Shown here: positions 36,679-46,807 of the stretch, in pieces | Layout of the letters: every line of letters starts with the position of its first letter | Numbering within the stretch: position 1 is the stretch's first letter | Assembly (NCBI GenBank): GCA_964414945.1 | Contig: CAYPYJ010000003.1 | Coordinates: forward strand, 5,895 to 69,894 | Direction of reading: 5' to 3' | DNA length: 64,000 nt | Source: an uncultured Terracidiphilus sp. | GTDB taxonomy: Bacteria > Acidobacteriota > Terriglobia > Terriglobales > Acidobacteriaceae | Position numbers and translations under genes: made by a program | Notes under the pieces: generated by a model | The model's input: the letters and a program-made list of their open reading frames with translations, nothing else | Database searches by the model: none | What the model was told of the DNA's origin: nothing

Positions 36679-38793
36679 TTATTGAGCGGATCTTCCGACA
36701 TTGAGCAGGATGCCGGCGCGAGCGGTGCGAGGCTGACCCAGCGTTGTCGTTGGGGTCTTGGAGACTTCAATCTGACGGTCTAGCAGGTTCTCACCTGCGG
36801 CAAAGAGTTCAAGGCGGCTACCAATGTTATGTGAAGCGTAGGAGTCGAGGCGGAAGTAGCCGTGAAGGAGAAATGTGTTGGCGTCGTCGTCGAATTGACG
36901 CCCGCTGAACCGGCTTTGCAGGGTGATCAATCCGAGCGATGGCCGCGAGGCGCGAAGATTCAGCGTGGCCAAATTGCGCGCAACCTCCGGAATCCAATTG
37001 CCGTAATCCTGGGACCCGCGTGTCACGGTAGCGTGCGCGTATTGATATCCGCCATCAACAGCCAACCACCCGCGTGGCGCAAGTTGAAAGTCGAGCGACA
37101 CGCCGCGGCTCTCGATCCGGCCGAGGTTCTCTCGCATCAGCAAAATTGGCGAGGACTGAGAGTTCACCGTAAGCGCCGCGATCGGTCGATTGACCTGCGT
37201 GAGGAAATAGCTCGCGCGTACGATGCCCCAGAGCCACTGGCTGGCAAGGCCCGCTTCTCCCCCTGTGGCCCGTTCACTGAGCAGGTCGGCGTTGGGGTTG
37301 GTCAGCTTGTTGCCAACCGTGGTGGAGCGGTAAAATTCGCTTGGAGTCGGAGCCCGGAAGGCGCGGAATCCCGAAGCAGAAAGAGCCCAGTGGTTGAAGA
37401 GCTTGCGGGAGACGCCCAGGCGCGGATCGAAGATGTGTTCGTCGCGCTGGCTCGGCTGAGTGGCGGCAGGAATCCAGGTCGAGTTTGAGTAGAGGACTGC
37501 GTGACCGTCATAGTTCTGGTACCAGTCCATACGTCCGGAAGCCACCAGCGTCCATGCATGGTGGGTCCACATGGCTTCCGCATAAACGGCGGAGTCGCGC
37601 TGATGGTCGTGGAGATTGGTCAGTGCAGCCCTTGTGCCGTATGTCTGTTCGCGATCCCAAAAGCGGTTGTCGTGCACATCAGCTCCGGCAACCAGTAGCA
37701 ACCCAGGGCCGAGCGGCTGGCTCCAATGGATTGCTGCGCCCAACTCGTTGTCAGGAGCTTGCGTGAGACGCGTCGGGGTCTCTCCGCAGCGATACGAGCA
37801 GTCGGCGATGCCGAAGTTCGGCAGGTTGGAAATGCTCGAAAACGTTTGAAGATATCTTTCGTCCGAGCCGTAGACGCGCACCGCGAACGAAGCATTGCGA
37901 GGCCCTTGCCAGTCGGAGCCCGTCGCGTAGCGCCACAAGTGGGTCTGATTGATTTGGTATGGAGTGCCATTGCTGCGCTCCTCGCGGAATCCCGCACCGC
38001 GCGCTAAAAACCGCAGGGCTCCTCGGTCGTGTTCGGCCAACAGCAGACCATTGCGGCTATGCACGTTGCTGGCTGTATCGACCGGGCCGCGTTGGGATGG
38101 CGCTTCTTGAATGTATCCATCCGTACCGATCAGGCCGCCCGCGCCGAGAACTCCCCACGGCCCGTGCTTGGCTTCGAGGAGAAGACTGTCATCAAACGTG
38201 CCTTCCCCACCATAGCTGGAGCGGAACTCGGCCTGATCAGAAGTTGGGCGTGCGGGCACAACATTTACCACGCCCCCGATGGCGCTTGAGCCGTATAAGT
38301 CGCTGGCGCCGCCGCGCATGAGTTCAATGCTTTTGGTTGCAAGTTCAGGCTCTTCCTGCCAATGTATCCATCCTCCAATAGGGTCATTGAGAGGGACATC
38401 GTCTTCGGTTACCAGAGTGCGACTCGCCGAGGTGGAGCCGAGACCGCGCAGGCTGATTCCCTGCGAAGTGGGGTTGGCCACCAGCGAACTAGAACGCCGG
38501 AAGAGCTCTACCCCCGGAACCTGCCGCAACTGACCGTCAAGCGTAATTGCCGCGCCTGTGCGAAGCACTTCCAGTGAAAGCACGCGGGTACTTACCGGAC
38601 TCTCAAGCGCGCCTAGCGGCGTGCGGTATGCCGTGACCGTGATCTGTTCAGTTGTGGCCGTTGGGACTGTACTTGTTTGATCTTCCGCGACAGGATTTGC
38701 CGCAGGAGCCTGTGGCCATAAGTTCGGCGGAACGGACAAGATCGCTGCCCAGAAAACCGAGGCAAGAATGGCTCTGGGACAATAACTCCACAT
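36679..38793 (-). CDS. TonB-dependent receptor (classical ~700-aa type, no CarboxypepD_reg domain)
   Basis: Plug motifs: ITVTAYRTP, QVPGVELFRRSS, GISLRGLG, LVTEDDVPLNDPIGGWIHW, IELMRGGASDLYGSSAIGGVVNV. A barrel follows. Confidence 0.8.
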   Translation of the reverse strand: MWSYCPRAILASVFWAAILSVPPNLWPQAPAANPVAEDQTSTVPTATTEQITVTAYRTPLGALESPVSTRVLSLEVLRTGAAITLDGQLRQVPGVELFRRSSSLVANPTSQGISLRGLGSTSASRTLVTEDDVPLNDPIGGWIHWQEEPELATKSIELMRGGASDLYGSSAIGGVVNVVPARPTSDQAEFRSSYGGEGTFDDSLLLEAKHGPWGVLGAGGLIGTDGYIQEAPSQRGPVDTASNVHSRNGLLLAEHDRGALRFLARGAGFREERSNGTPYQINQTHLWRYATGSDWQGPRNASFAVRVYGSDERYLQTFSSISNLPNFGIADCSYRCGETPTRLTQAPDNELGAAIHWSQPLGPGLLLVAGADVHDNRFWDREQTYGTRAALTNLHDHQRDSAVYAEAMWTHHAWTLVASGRMDWYQNYDGHAVLYSNSTWIPAATQPSQRDEHIFDPRLGVSRKLFNHWALSASGFRAFRAPTPSEFYRSTTVGNKLTNPNADLLSERATGGEAGLASQWLWGIVRASYFLTQVNRPIAALTVNSQSSPILLMRENLGRIESRGVSLDFQLAPRGWLAVDGGYQYAHATVTRGSQDYGNWIPEVARNLATLNLRASRPSLGLITLQSRFSGRQFDDDANTFLLHGYFRLDSYASHNIGSRLELFAAGENLLDRQIEVSKTPTTTLGQPRTARAGILLNVGRSAQ

Positions 38794-38938
38794 TGACTTC
38801 CTCTTTCCATGCTCGGCTTCTAAACTCCGGGCACCCTCTTGTCTTCCCTAATCGACCGGCCTCAGGCGGCCGCAGCTCGACCTTCGCTATGAGCCACGGC
38901 CGCCCCGGATGCCGGACTAGAGTGACGAACTCTGGTCG

Positions 38939-40684
38939 TCAATTCCCGGCGGATTCGTCGTCCTCACCAGGAAGCGCGAACGCAATTACTGCATCGCCAA
39001 GCACGGGGCTTTCACCGGGCTCGCCGCCAAAGCCGTACACCACGTACTCTTTTCCGTCGACGACATAAAAGGCTGGAGAGGCAGTTGCGCCGCCCGCATT
39101 AGGCACCTTTGATGCATCGAAGGTCCACAGGATCTTACCCGTCTCAGCATCCGCGGCATGCAATTGCCCATTGCTTTCGCCGAAGAAGACCAAGTCGCCG
39201 GCTACCCCTATGCCCGAGTCGGGATTTGTGCCCGTAATGGTGTCCTTCCATGCGAGCTTTCCCGTACGGGTATCTATCGCTCCGTAAACGCCGTGGGGCG
39301 TCGAGCCGGCTACAAAGAAAGTTCCTGTGAAAGTGCACCCTACTGGGCACAGCAAATCGGTCGCCGGGCTATCTGTGACCCCGACATTAACAGGCGAATA
39401 ACGACTATGCGAGTAGAGGAAGTGTGTCCGTGGGCTGTAAGCCGCGGGAGGCCATTCCACTCCATCTGCCCATGGCTGGAACACCAAAGGCGTTGGTTGC
39501 ATTGCTGTCCACATCGGAGCAGGGGTCTCACCGACCGGGAGCGGGAGCTCTGCCTCGTGCTCGAGCAGGGAATCAATCGAGGATACAGGTTGAGTCGGCC
39601 ACGGGTGCTGGAAAAGCGCATCCGACGGCGTCGGGGGAACCGGCACCTCCGTCCATGGGAAAAGCGACTTGCCGGTGCGCCGGTCCAGGATGAACGTGTA
39701 CCCTGTCTTTGATGTGTGTGCAATCGCCGGAGTGCCCTTCACATTAAGCAGTATTGTTGGCTGCGGGCCGTCAAAGTCCCACTGGTCATGGTGAGTAAAT
39801 TGGAAGTGCCACTTGTGCTCGCCGGTCCTTGAGTCGATGGCTACAATCGACGTCGCGTAGAGGTTCAATCCAGCGTGATTGCCGGTGTAAGGCCACGGGT
39901 AGGCGTTACCGGTGGCGAAGTACAGCATGTGGAGATCAGGATCGTAGCTGGGGGTTCCCCAAACCGAAGCTCCACCAACAAGGTACGAGGTCCCCTCCCA
40001 CGTAGTAGGCTCAGTGGTCCAGAAACGCCAGATGAGCTTTCCCGTAAGCGGGTTGTACGCATCCACATGACCGCGCACCCCGAATTCTGCGCCTGAAACG
40101 CCAACAATCACCTTGTGATCAGCGAACAACGGAGCAATCGTCATGGCAGCGCCCATGCTCGGGAGGTCGACGGTTGTTTTCCAGGCCACAGTGCCAGTTT
40201 TCGCATCAAGGGCGACCAATTTCGCATCGAGGCGCGCGACAAAGATCAGCCCGTCGCCAATCGCCACGCCGCGATTGTCATTGTTGCAGCAAATGGGAAG
40301 CGTGCTGGGTGACGGCATATCGGTCGGGTGATAAGCCCAGATTTGTTTGCCCGTCTTGGCATCGAGGGCAAAGACATCGTCGTCGCCAGTGGGAACATAT
40401 GTCACGCCATCGACCTCAATCGGCGTCATTTCCATCGCCATGTTGGGGTCGAACACGCCAGTATGGAAGATCCACGCCGGTTTCAGCTTGTGGACATTGT
40501 TACGGTTGATTTGGTCGACGTCCTGATAACGTTGATTGTCCAAAGTGTTTCCGTGGTTTCGCCACTCAACATTCTCCTGTGCGAACAACGGGTAGAGGTT
40601 GAATGCGCCCAAAACCAATGCAAGAGCGCACAGAGACCTTACAAAACCGATGTCAAACGACCTCGAAGGGACTTGGTTTCTCAT
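38939..40684 (-). CDS. PQQ-dependent dehydrogenase, methanol/ethanol family
   Basis: WRNHGNTLDNQRYQDVDQINRNNVHKLKPAW (a typical N-terminus), a vicinal Cys pair (LPICCNNDNRG), the active-site block HHDQWDFDG, and beta-propeller repeats. The ORF track starts at 40726; the ATG at 40684 gives the signal peptide MRNQVPSRS...LYPLFAQ. Confidence 0.8.
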   Translation of the reverse strand: MRNQVPSRSFDIGFVRSLCALALVLGAFNLYPLFAQENVEWRNHGNTLDNQRYQDVDQINRNNVHKLKPAWIFHTGVFDPNMAMEMTPIEVDGVTYVPTGDDDVFALDAKTGKQIWAYHPTDMPSPSTLPICCNNDNRGVAIGDGLIFVARLDAKLVALDAKTGTVAWKTTVDLPSMGAAMTIAPLFADHKVIVGVSGAEFGVRGHVDAYNPLTGKLIWRFWTTEPTTWEGTSYLVGGASVWGTPSYDPDLHMLYFATGNAYPWPYTGNHAGLNLYATSIVAIDSRTGEHKWHFQFTHHDQWDFDGPQPTILLNVKGTPAIAHTSKTGYTFILDRRTGKSLFPWTEVPVPPTPSDALFQHPWPTQPVSSIDSLLEHEAELPLPVGETPAPMWTAMQPTPLVFQPWADGVEWPPAAYSPRTHFLYSHSRYSPVNVGVTDSPATDLLCPVGCTFTGTFFVAGSTPHGVYGAIDTRTGKLAWKDTITGTNPDSGIGVAGDLVFFGESNGQLHAADAETGKILWTFDASKVPNAGGATASPAFYVVDGKEYVVYGFGGEPGESPVLGDAVIAFALPGEDDESAGN

Positions 40685-40982
40685 CGCATTCCTTTCCCGA
40701 ATGCTCCACCCGCGTGGCAGAAACATGGATGGCTACCGCTAAGTTGCTCGATTGCGCCGGTCGATAAACGCAGATCAGGCAAGTGATTCGACGGGTCGCA
40801 AGTCGTGCCAGAAAAGTCTGCCTTCGAATCAGCCAAATTACCACTTGCATCACAACGCTTTGTGCCGCGTCGGATAGCCGTAGGCTGCTCGGGAACCCCA
40901 CGCCGGGATATGTGTTCTTCGCAGCCAGAGACAAGGTACAATCGCTTCGAATTGGTCTGATTTGCATTTGATCAACATTGAA

Positions 40983-41021
40983 TGTAAAAATTTGTAAAGT
41001 CATCCTGTAAACATTTGTAAA
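40983..41021 (+). promoter_or_regulatory. Four phased TGTAAA direct repeats in a divergent promoter region
   Basis: TGTAAA occurs at 40983, 40993, 41006 and 41016 (spacing 10, 13 and 10 nt). The sites lie between the PQQ dehydrogenase (-) and the acyltransferase (+). Confidence 0.3.
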
Positions 41022-41244
41022 AGATATTGATTGTGCTTAATCCATCGCACATGCATTCGCGGATCGGTTCAAGTTGACTGGAGTACATAGCCTTCACAAA
41101 CAGTTCCGCAGTTGCTCGGTAAATCGCCATAGTGTGTATTCAGCGGAGCCGGCCACTCCATGATGATTGGAGGTTATAATCGGAGGAATCAGACGCTTAA
41201 AACCTAGTTTGATGGCCGGCGCTCGCATCGTGTCCAGGAGGCAC

Positions 41245-42459
41245 ATGAAGCAATCAAAGTGCAATGAGGTCAGTCAGCCCCTTTTCTCAGGTTCCATAGC
41301 TGAATTGCTGCATCCGCCCTCCAGCCAAATCCCGTTCCTCGACGGTCTGAGATCGATCGCTGTATTGCTGGTGATAAGTGCCCATTTTACCGTGCGATTC
41401 GTTGACGCGCATGGACCAAATCTTTATTCGAGACTACCCTTTGTAGCTGACGGAGCGGTCGGTGTCGATCTATTCTTCGTTCTTAGCGGTTTTTTCATTG
41501 GGAGTCAATTATGGAAGGAGCTTCGAGAGCGGGGAACCATCGATGTTGCCCGTTTTGTCTTGCGCCGCGGATTTAGAATATGGCCATTATATTTCTTCAC
41601 TTATTTTTGTGTCCTGGCTTTCGATCTCATAGTAGGACACGGCGCGCCTGAACACGAATATGGCTGGTCGGATCTGGTCTTTATTACGAATTTTCACAGC
41701 CGCGGCTTGGTAATGGGAAGCTGGTCCCTCTGCACCGAGGAGCAGTTCTATATAGTTGCACCGCTTGCGCTTTTCTTCTTTGCGTTGAAGCTGCGGTCTA
41801 TCGAAAATTTCCGTCCTTGGCTTTGGGGATTCCTATTGACGGTTCCGCTCATTCGAGCTTTGGTATGGGTGCACAGTACTGGGAGTTTCTTTCAGCATAG
41901 CCCTGAAGTGTTCATGCATTCACTCTATTTCAGTTCTCTCACACATTGTGACGGGCTGATCATGGGATTAATTATTGCGAATCTAGCTGTATCGCGCGAA
42001 AAGCCAATTTCCAAATTAGACTCGCCCTTTATCCTAGTAGCGGTGGCAATTGCGTTGATGATTGTTTTGCATCTGATCCAAAAGGAAATATTTCAATTTA
42101 CTATTTCCGCATTGCTCTTCGGATCATTTGTTTGGCTGGGAGTTCAACGCCAGTTGTCGATCTTCAATTCACGGATTTTCTATTGGATATCGCGCCTGTC
42201 GTTTGGCATGTATCTGAATCATGAGTATTTGTGTCCGTGGATAGTGTCTGTGTTGCTTCCAAAGTTGCCTTTCTCTGCGTGGCTTCCTCTTTTTATGAAT
42301 CTCATCGGCGTAGTGTTAGTGACACTGCTCTCGATTGCGGTAGCATTCGTAACCTTCTGTCTAGTGGAATATCCTTTCCTCCAAATGAGAAAGATTGTAT
42401 TGGGGCGCCGCGCGAGTATTTCCGTACCTATTGACGTTTCTCCGACTGGTATTAGTTGA
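41245..42459 (+). CDS. Acyltransferase family 3 (membrane O-acyltransferase)
   Basis: FLDGLRSIAVLLVISAHF is the family opening, followed by about 10 hydrophobic helices. The ATG at 41245 is preceded by AGGAGG; the ORF track starts at 41167. GC is lower than in neighbours (32% and 53% in two hand-counted 60-nt samples). Confidence 0.75.
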   Translation: MKQSKCNEVSQPLFSGSIAELLHPPSSQIPFLDGLRSIAVLLVISAHFTVRFVDAHGPNLYSRLPFVADGAVGVDLFFVLSGFFIGSQLWKELRERGTIDVARFVLRRGFRIWPLYFFTYFCVLAFDLIVGHGAPEHEYGWSDLVFITNFHSRGLVMGSWSLCTEEQFYIVAPLALFFFALKLRSIENFRPWLWGFLLTVPLIRALVWVHSTGSFFQHSPEVFMHSLYFSSLTHCDGLIMGLIIANLAVSREKPISKLDSPFILVAVAIALMIVLHLIQKEIFQFTISALLFGSFVWLGVQRQLSIFNSRIFYWISRLSFGMYLNHEYLCPWIVSVLLPKLPFSAWLPLFMNLIGVVLVTLLSIAVAFVTFCLVEYPFLQMRKIVLGRRASISVPIDVSPTGIS

Positions 42460-42647
42460 GTCCGTTGCCTGGAAAAAGAAGGGAATGCGGGGCCACTTAA
42501 GGACTCTCTGAAAAACTGTTTGATCCTGGTGGCTTCTGAGCGAACCTATATTCGGAGCCGGAGCATGGAAGCGTTGGCCTCGTCACCTCACTTTCATCGT
42601 TGCGGTGCCGGAATGCCTCGACTTCCTCTCAAAAGCGCTCCCTGAAC

Positions 42648-42673
42648 GGAACGTCTGGACGAACCTACACGTA
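42648..42673 (+). promoter_or_regulatory. Candidate ECF-type promoter (GGAAC-N17-CGTA)
   Basis: GGAAC (42648-42652), a 17-nt spacer, then CGTA (42670-42673), about 50 nt upstream of the ECF sigma start. The pattern resembles autoregulated ECF promoters, but this rests on pattern match only. Confidence 0.3.
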
Positions 42674-42721
42674 CAACATCTCCATGTGGATTAATAAATT
42701 CCGAGTCGAAGCGTCATCTCT

Positions 42722-43276
42722 ATGAACAGTCCAGAAGGTGTACCAATGGCCGTATGTAGCGCTACGTTGCCGGTAACGGGACTGTCCCAGTTGTTCGCGA
42801 AGCATCACCGGCGGGTGCTCACGGCAGCCTACCGCATCACCGGCAGCATTGCCGATGCGGAAGACGTGACGCAGACCGTGTTTCTGCGGCTCGCAAGCGC
42901 GGATGGGCCGGTGACGAATGCTGGCAGCTATCTGTACAGAGCGGCCATCAATGGCGCGCTTGACCTGCTGCGGCAGAGAAAAGCTGCCCGGACCGAGCCG
43001 CTGGAATTTGCCGCATATGTGGCAGCGGAAGAGGCAGGCAGTTCGCCCGAAAAAGAGGCGTCAAGCAGGCAGCTTGGTGTGCTCTTGCGGATTGCAATCG
43101 GCGAATTACCGCAACGGGCGGCCGAGATGTTCGTCATGCGCTACGTTGAAGAGCTTGGAAATCGGGAGATTGCGGCGTTGATGTGCACTTCGCAGGCAGT
43201 TGTGGCTGTGACGCTGTTTAACGCGCGGTCGAGATTGAAAAAACGGCTTTTGGAATTTGATCGAGGAAAACGATGA
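42722..43276 (+). CDS. ECF-type RNA polymerase sigma-70 factor
   Basis: Region 2: DAEDVTQTVFLRLA...YLYRAAINGALDLLR. Region 4: LPQRAAEMFVMRYVEELGNREIAALMCTSQAVVAVTLFNARSRLKKRL. Confidence 0.85.
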   Translation: MNSPEGVPMAVCSATLPVTGLSQLFAKHHRRVLTAAYRITGSIADAEDVTQTVFLRLASADGPVTNAGSYLYRAAINGALDLLRQRKAARTEPLEFAAYVAAEEAGSSPEKEASSRQLGVLLRIAIGELPQRAAEMFVMRYVEELGNREIAALMCTSQAVVAVTLFNARSRLKKRLLEFDRGKR

Positions 43277-45864
43277 AACAAGACGAGATGCTTTTGAGAA
43301 ACGCAGTGCAGGCGCTTCAGGCCGATGAGCCGGAAGCTGAGCAAATGGTAGCTTCAGCCCGGTGCGTGGCTGACAAGCTGGGGATCGACACCGTGAACGA
43401 ATCACCGGTGCACGCAATCACGAGCTGCGATGATGTGCAGCATCTGTTCAGTTCGTATAGGGCAAGTACGCTTCCGCAGGCACGAGTGCTTTTGGTCGAG
43501 GCCCACCTGCGCGACTGCAACGGCTGTCGGCGCCGGTTCAAGGGCGGGCCAGGTGCGGTTCTGGACTGGTCCGCTCCCAAGCCACGTCTAGTACTTGCAT
43601 GGCATCCTCAGACCGCTGCATGGGCACTTGCTTCCGCCGCCGTACTAATGGCCGCATCTCTGTTTGTTTACAGAGCCTATTGGCAGGTACTGCCAGGAGT
43701 GCGCGCTGAGGTGCTTTCGATCGATGGAACGGCCTATCGAATCTCCGACAAGGCGAATCACCAGTTCTCGCCCGGTGAAATGCTAGGCGAAGGTGAAACC
43801 CTGAGAACCAGCGGAGGGGGCCATGCGGTCCTGCGGCTCACCGATGGATCGACGGTTGAGGTGAACGAGCGGAGTGTTGTCGCTGTGGGCGCGAGGGGGC
43901 ACAACATGACCATTGCGCTCGAAAATGGGGCGGTGATTGTGCAGGCCGCGAAGCGCACCTCGGGCCATCTGTACGTGAAAACTCCCGATTGCCGGGTCGC
44001 GGTCACAGGAACCGTGTTCTCAGTGAACTCCGGGCTGAAGGGTTCGCGCGTGGCAGTTCTTGAGGGCTCGGTGCACGTGTTGCATGCGGGCACAGACACG
44101 CTGACAACGGCTGGGAACCAGTTCACAACCAATGACAACCTGAGCCCCACGCCAGTGCAAGAGCAGATTGCATGGAGCCATGATCGCGATAAATACCTCG
44201 TCTTCCTGGCCCAGTTCGCGGAACTACGGAAGCAGATCGAACAGATTCCATTTCCGCAGCCGCGCTATAGCAGCGATCTGCTGAACCGGGTTCCTGCTAA
44301 CACCATGTTGTATATCAGCGTTCCAAACCTCGGCGATTTTCTGAGCGAGGCAAATCAGACATTCCACGACCAGTTGAAGAAGAGCCCTGCCTTGCAGGAG
44401 TGGTGGAACGGCGGACATGCGAACAACACGGCCGAACTGGATGTGATGGTGGAAAAGGTCCATCAGATAAGCAGATATTTCGGAGGCGAAATCGTCATAG
44501 TTGGGGCCAGACAGGCGAAGGAGTCAGAATTCGCGATCATCGCGGATGTGAAGCAGAGTGGACTTGACGACCTGTTGAAGCAGCAGTTCCCCGCGTCAAA
44601 TTCAAAGCCTGGAATCACCGTGCTCAATCAGAATTCGCTGAACGCTGCCAGTGCATCGTCGGCGAGCAATCACAGTGTTTATGCGGTGGTAAGGGAGCAC
44701 GAGGCGATCTTCTCCAACAGTGTCGCAACCCTGGCGTTGATCAACGCGCAGTTGAATGCGGGCTCCAGCGGCTTCGCGGCCAGCGGTTTTGGCCAGCAGA
44801 TTTCGGCCGCGTACGGACGCGGTGCGGGAATCATTCTGGCGGCGGATATCCACCAGATGAAAGCCAATCAAGCCGTAAAGATGCATGTCTCGAAACAAGC
44901 CAGCGAAGCGATGGCTGAGAGTGGCATCGAGAACTTGAGCTACTTGATCGCGGAACATCGCGAAGTCAATGGGCAGCCCGAGAATCGAGTGGACCTGCAA
45001 TTCTCAGGCGCACGGCAAGGAGTTGTCTCGTGGCTGGCTGCTCCTGCGCCTATCGGGTCACTCAACTTTGTTACTCCCAATGCGGCGATTGCTGTTGCGG
45101 GACTTTCAAAGGATCCCAAGGCCATTGCCGACGATCTGATCGCCATGGCGGCTGCGAGCGGTTCGCGTGCAAATGGACTCACCGAGGCTGAAGAGAAATT
45201 GCAGATCAACTTCCGCGACGACATTGCGGCCAACCTGGGTGGAGATTTTCTGCTATCGCTCGATGGTCCCGTGCTACCCACGCCCTCGTGGAAGGCCGTG
45301 ATTGAAGTCAACAACTCTGGCCGCCTCGAAGAGGCGTTGGAGCGAATGACTACGGCGATTCGCCAATTAGTCCCTGCCAACGCGCCGCATTCCATCACCA
45401 TTGAACCCAGTGACGCCGATGGCCAGCGCTATTATTCGATCAGGGATACGGTAACCGGCAACACCGTGGCGCAATACACCTACGCGGATGGGTACATGAT
45501 TATGGCGCCGAGCCGTGCGCTGATCATTCAAGCGATGCAGGCCTATTCGACTGGAAATTCGCTGGCAAATTCGGCGGTCTTCAAGGCATTGCTTCCCAAG
45601 GATGCCAATGAGAATTATTCCGCGGTCGCTTACCAAAATCTGGCCCCGGTGTTGACGCCGTTACTGAATCAAGTCAGCGGAGACACTGCGGATGCCGTCC
45701 GCGAACTGGCTGCGGATGCGAGGCCTACGGTAGTCTGCGTGCGAGGAGAAGAAAGCCGCATTGAAGCTGCCAGCGATAGCCGTCTTTTTGGTTTCGATTT
45801 TCTGACTCTCGAAACATTGATTCACCACGGGAACAAACACTCCAATGCAAGCGTAAGAGAGTGA
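43273..45864 (+). CDS. Membrane anti-sigma factor: zf-HC2 (ZAS) + TM + FecR-like domain + ~560-aa unassigned C-terminal domain
   Basis: Its start overlaps the sigma stop (ATGA). The H-x3-C-x2-C motif is [10 protein letters not shown]. The TM helix is [23 protein letters not shown]. The FecR-like block is [21 protein letters not shown]...[17 protein letters not shown]...[11 protein letters not shown] cannot assign the remaining ~560 aa. Confidence 0.75.
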   Translation: MKQDEMLLRNAVQALQADEPEAEQMVASARCVADKLGIDTVNESPVHAITSCDDVQHLFSSYRASTLPQARVLLVEAHLRDCNGCRRRFKGGPGAVLDWSAPKPRLVLAWHPQTAAWALASAAVLMAASLFVYRAYWQVLPGVRAEVLSIDGTAYRISDKANHQFSPGEMLGEGETLRTSGGGHAVLRLTDGSTVEVNERSVVAVGARGHNMTIALENGAVIVQAAKRTSGHLYVKTPDCRVAVTGTVFSVNSGLKGSRVAVLEGSVHVLHAGTDTLTTAGNQFTTNDNLSPTPVQEQIAWSHDRDKYLVFLAQFAELRKQIEQIPFPQPRYSSDLLNRVPANTMLYISVPNLGDFLSEANQTFHDQLKKSPALQEWWNGGHANNTAELDVMVEKVHQISRYFGGEIVIVGARQAKESEFAIIADVKQSGLDDLLKQQFPASNSKPGITVLNQNSLNAASASSASNHSVYAVVREHEAIFSNSVATLALINAQLNAGSSGFAASGFGQQISAAYGRGAGIILAADIHQMKANQAVKMHVSKQASEAMAESGIENLSYLIAEHREVNGQPENRVDLQFSGARQGVVSWLAAPAPIGSLNFVTPNAAIAVAGLSKDPKAIADDLIAMAAASGSRANGLTEAEEKLQINFRDDIAANLGGDFLLSLDGPVLPTPSWKAVIEVNNSGRLEEALERMTTAIRQLVPANAPHSITIEPSDADGQRYYSIRDTVTGNTVAQYTYADGYMIMAPSRALIIQAMQAYSTGNSLANSAVFKALLPKDANENYSAVAYQNLAPVLTPLLNQVSGDTADAVRELAADARPTVVCVRGEESRIEAASDSRLFGFDFLTLETLIHHGNKHSNASVRE

Positions 45865-45865
45865 T

Positions 45866-46807
45866 ATGGGCGTCATCGATTTAGATGGGGTAGAGGTCCG
45901 GCTCGCAAACCGGACGGTGCTGGATAACCTCACGGGAAAGCTGAACGGGCAGGCCATCGGCCTGCTCGGCCCCAACGGCGCGGGGAAATCCACTCTGATT
46001 AACACGCTCCTGGGGTTTCATCTTCCTTCCAAAGGCAAGGCCCGCGTCTTTGGCCTCGACTCGCACAAAGACCGTGCGCTGATTCGAGGCGGCGTCGGCT
46101 TCATGCCTGAGAACGATTCGTTCATCGGCAACATGAGTGGTGTCCGCTTCGTCCGCTACATGGCCGAACTGGCCGGCCTTCCATCAGGAGTCGCGCTGGA
46201 ACGGGCTCATGAGGCCCTGTTCTACGTGGGACTCGGCGAGGTGCGCTACCGCACAGTCAACACATATTCGCTGGGTATGAAGCAGTTGGTAAAACTGGCG
46301 CAGGCGCTGGCGCACGGGCCAAAACTTCTCATCCTGGATGAGCCCACCAATGGCCTCGATCCTGTCGCACGGCAGCGCATGATTCAACTCATCAAGGACA
46401 TTCGCAAAGAGGGTAGCATCCGGCTGCTCATCTCGTCGCACCTGCTGCGCGATATTGACGAGACCTGTGATGAAGTCCTGATCCTGAAGAACGGGCGCAT
46501 TGCCTCTCTGTGCAACATCGAAGAAGAGCGGCGCTCGAATCGTAGCTTCATGGAACTTGAAACAGTGGGCGCCACTGAACGTTTTTCCGTGAGCATCCGC
46601 GGGCTCGGCTGCGAATGCGCAACCTTCCCGGGCGGGCGCATCAAGCTGGTGATTCCGGACAATATTGAAGCGCGCGATCTTTATGTGATTGCCTCTGAAC
46701 AGGGAGTGCAGATCCGGCGCATGAACCAGCGGCGCGATTCCCTTGAAGATATTTTCTTACGCGCAATGGACAACGATCAGGGAAGGACCGCAAATGGCAG
46801 TCTATAA
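45866..46807 (+). CDS. ABC transporter ATP-binding protein (ABC-2 exporter type)
   Basis: Walker [10 protein letters not shown], signature YSLGMKQ, Walker [14 protein letters not shown]-loop ISSHLL. It starts 1 nt after the anti-sigma stop. Confidence 0.85.
   Translation: MGVIDLDGVEVRLANRTVLDNLTGKLNGQAIGLLGPNGAGKSTLINTLLGFHLPSKGKARVFGLDSHKDRALIRGGVGFMPENDSFIGNMSGVRFVRYMAELAGLPSGVALERAHEALFYVGLGEVRYRTVNTYSLGMKQLVKLAQALAHGPKLLILDEPTNGLDPVARQRMIQLIKDIRKEGSIRLLISSHLLRDIDETCDEVLILKNGRIASLCNIEEERRSNRSFMELETVGATERFSVSIRGLGCECATFPGGRIKLVIPDNIEARDLYVIASEQGVQIRRMNQRRDSLEDIFLRAMDNDQGRTANGSL

Noticed and set aside
38794-38938. A possible cobalamin or TPP riboswitch in the 145-nt leader of the classical TBDR. 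On the minus strand I saw AGGGAA and GGTG elements and a CTGAGG.
   Set aside because: I found no B12 box (AGYCMGG-type) or TPP ACCTGATCTGGATAATGCC-like core. The elements are in the wrong order and the leader is too short. A covariance-model scan (Rfam) would settle it.
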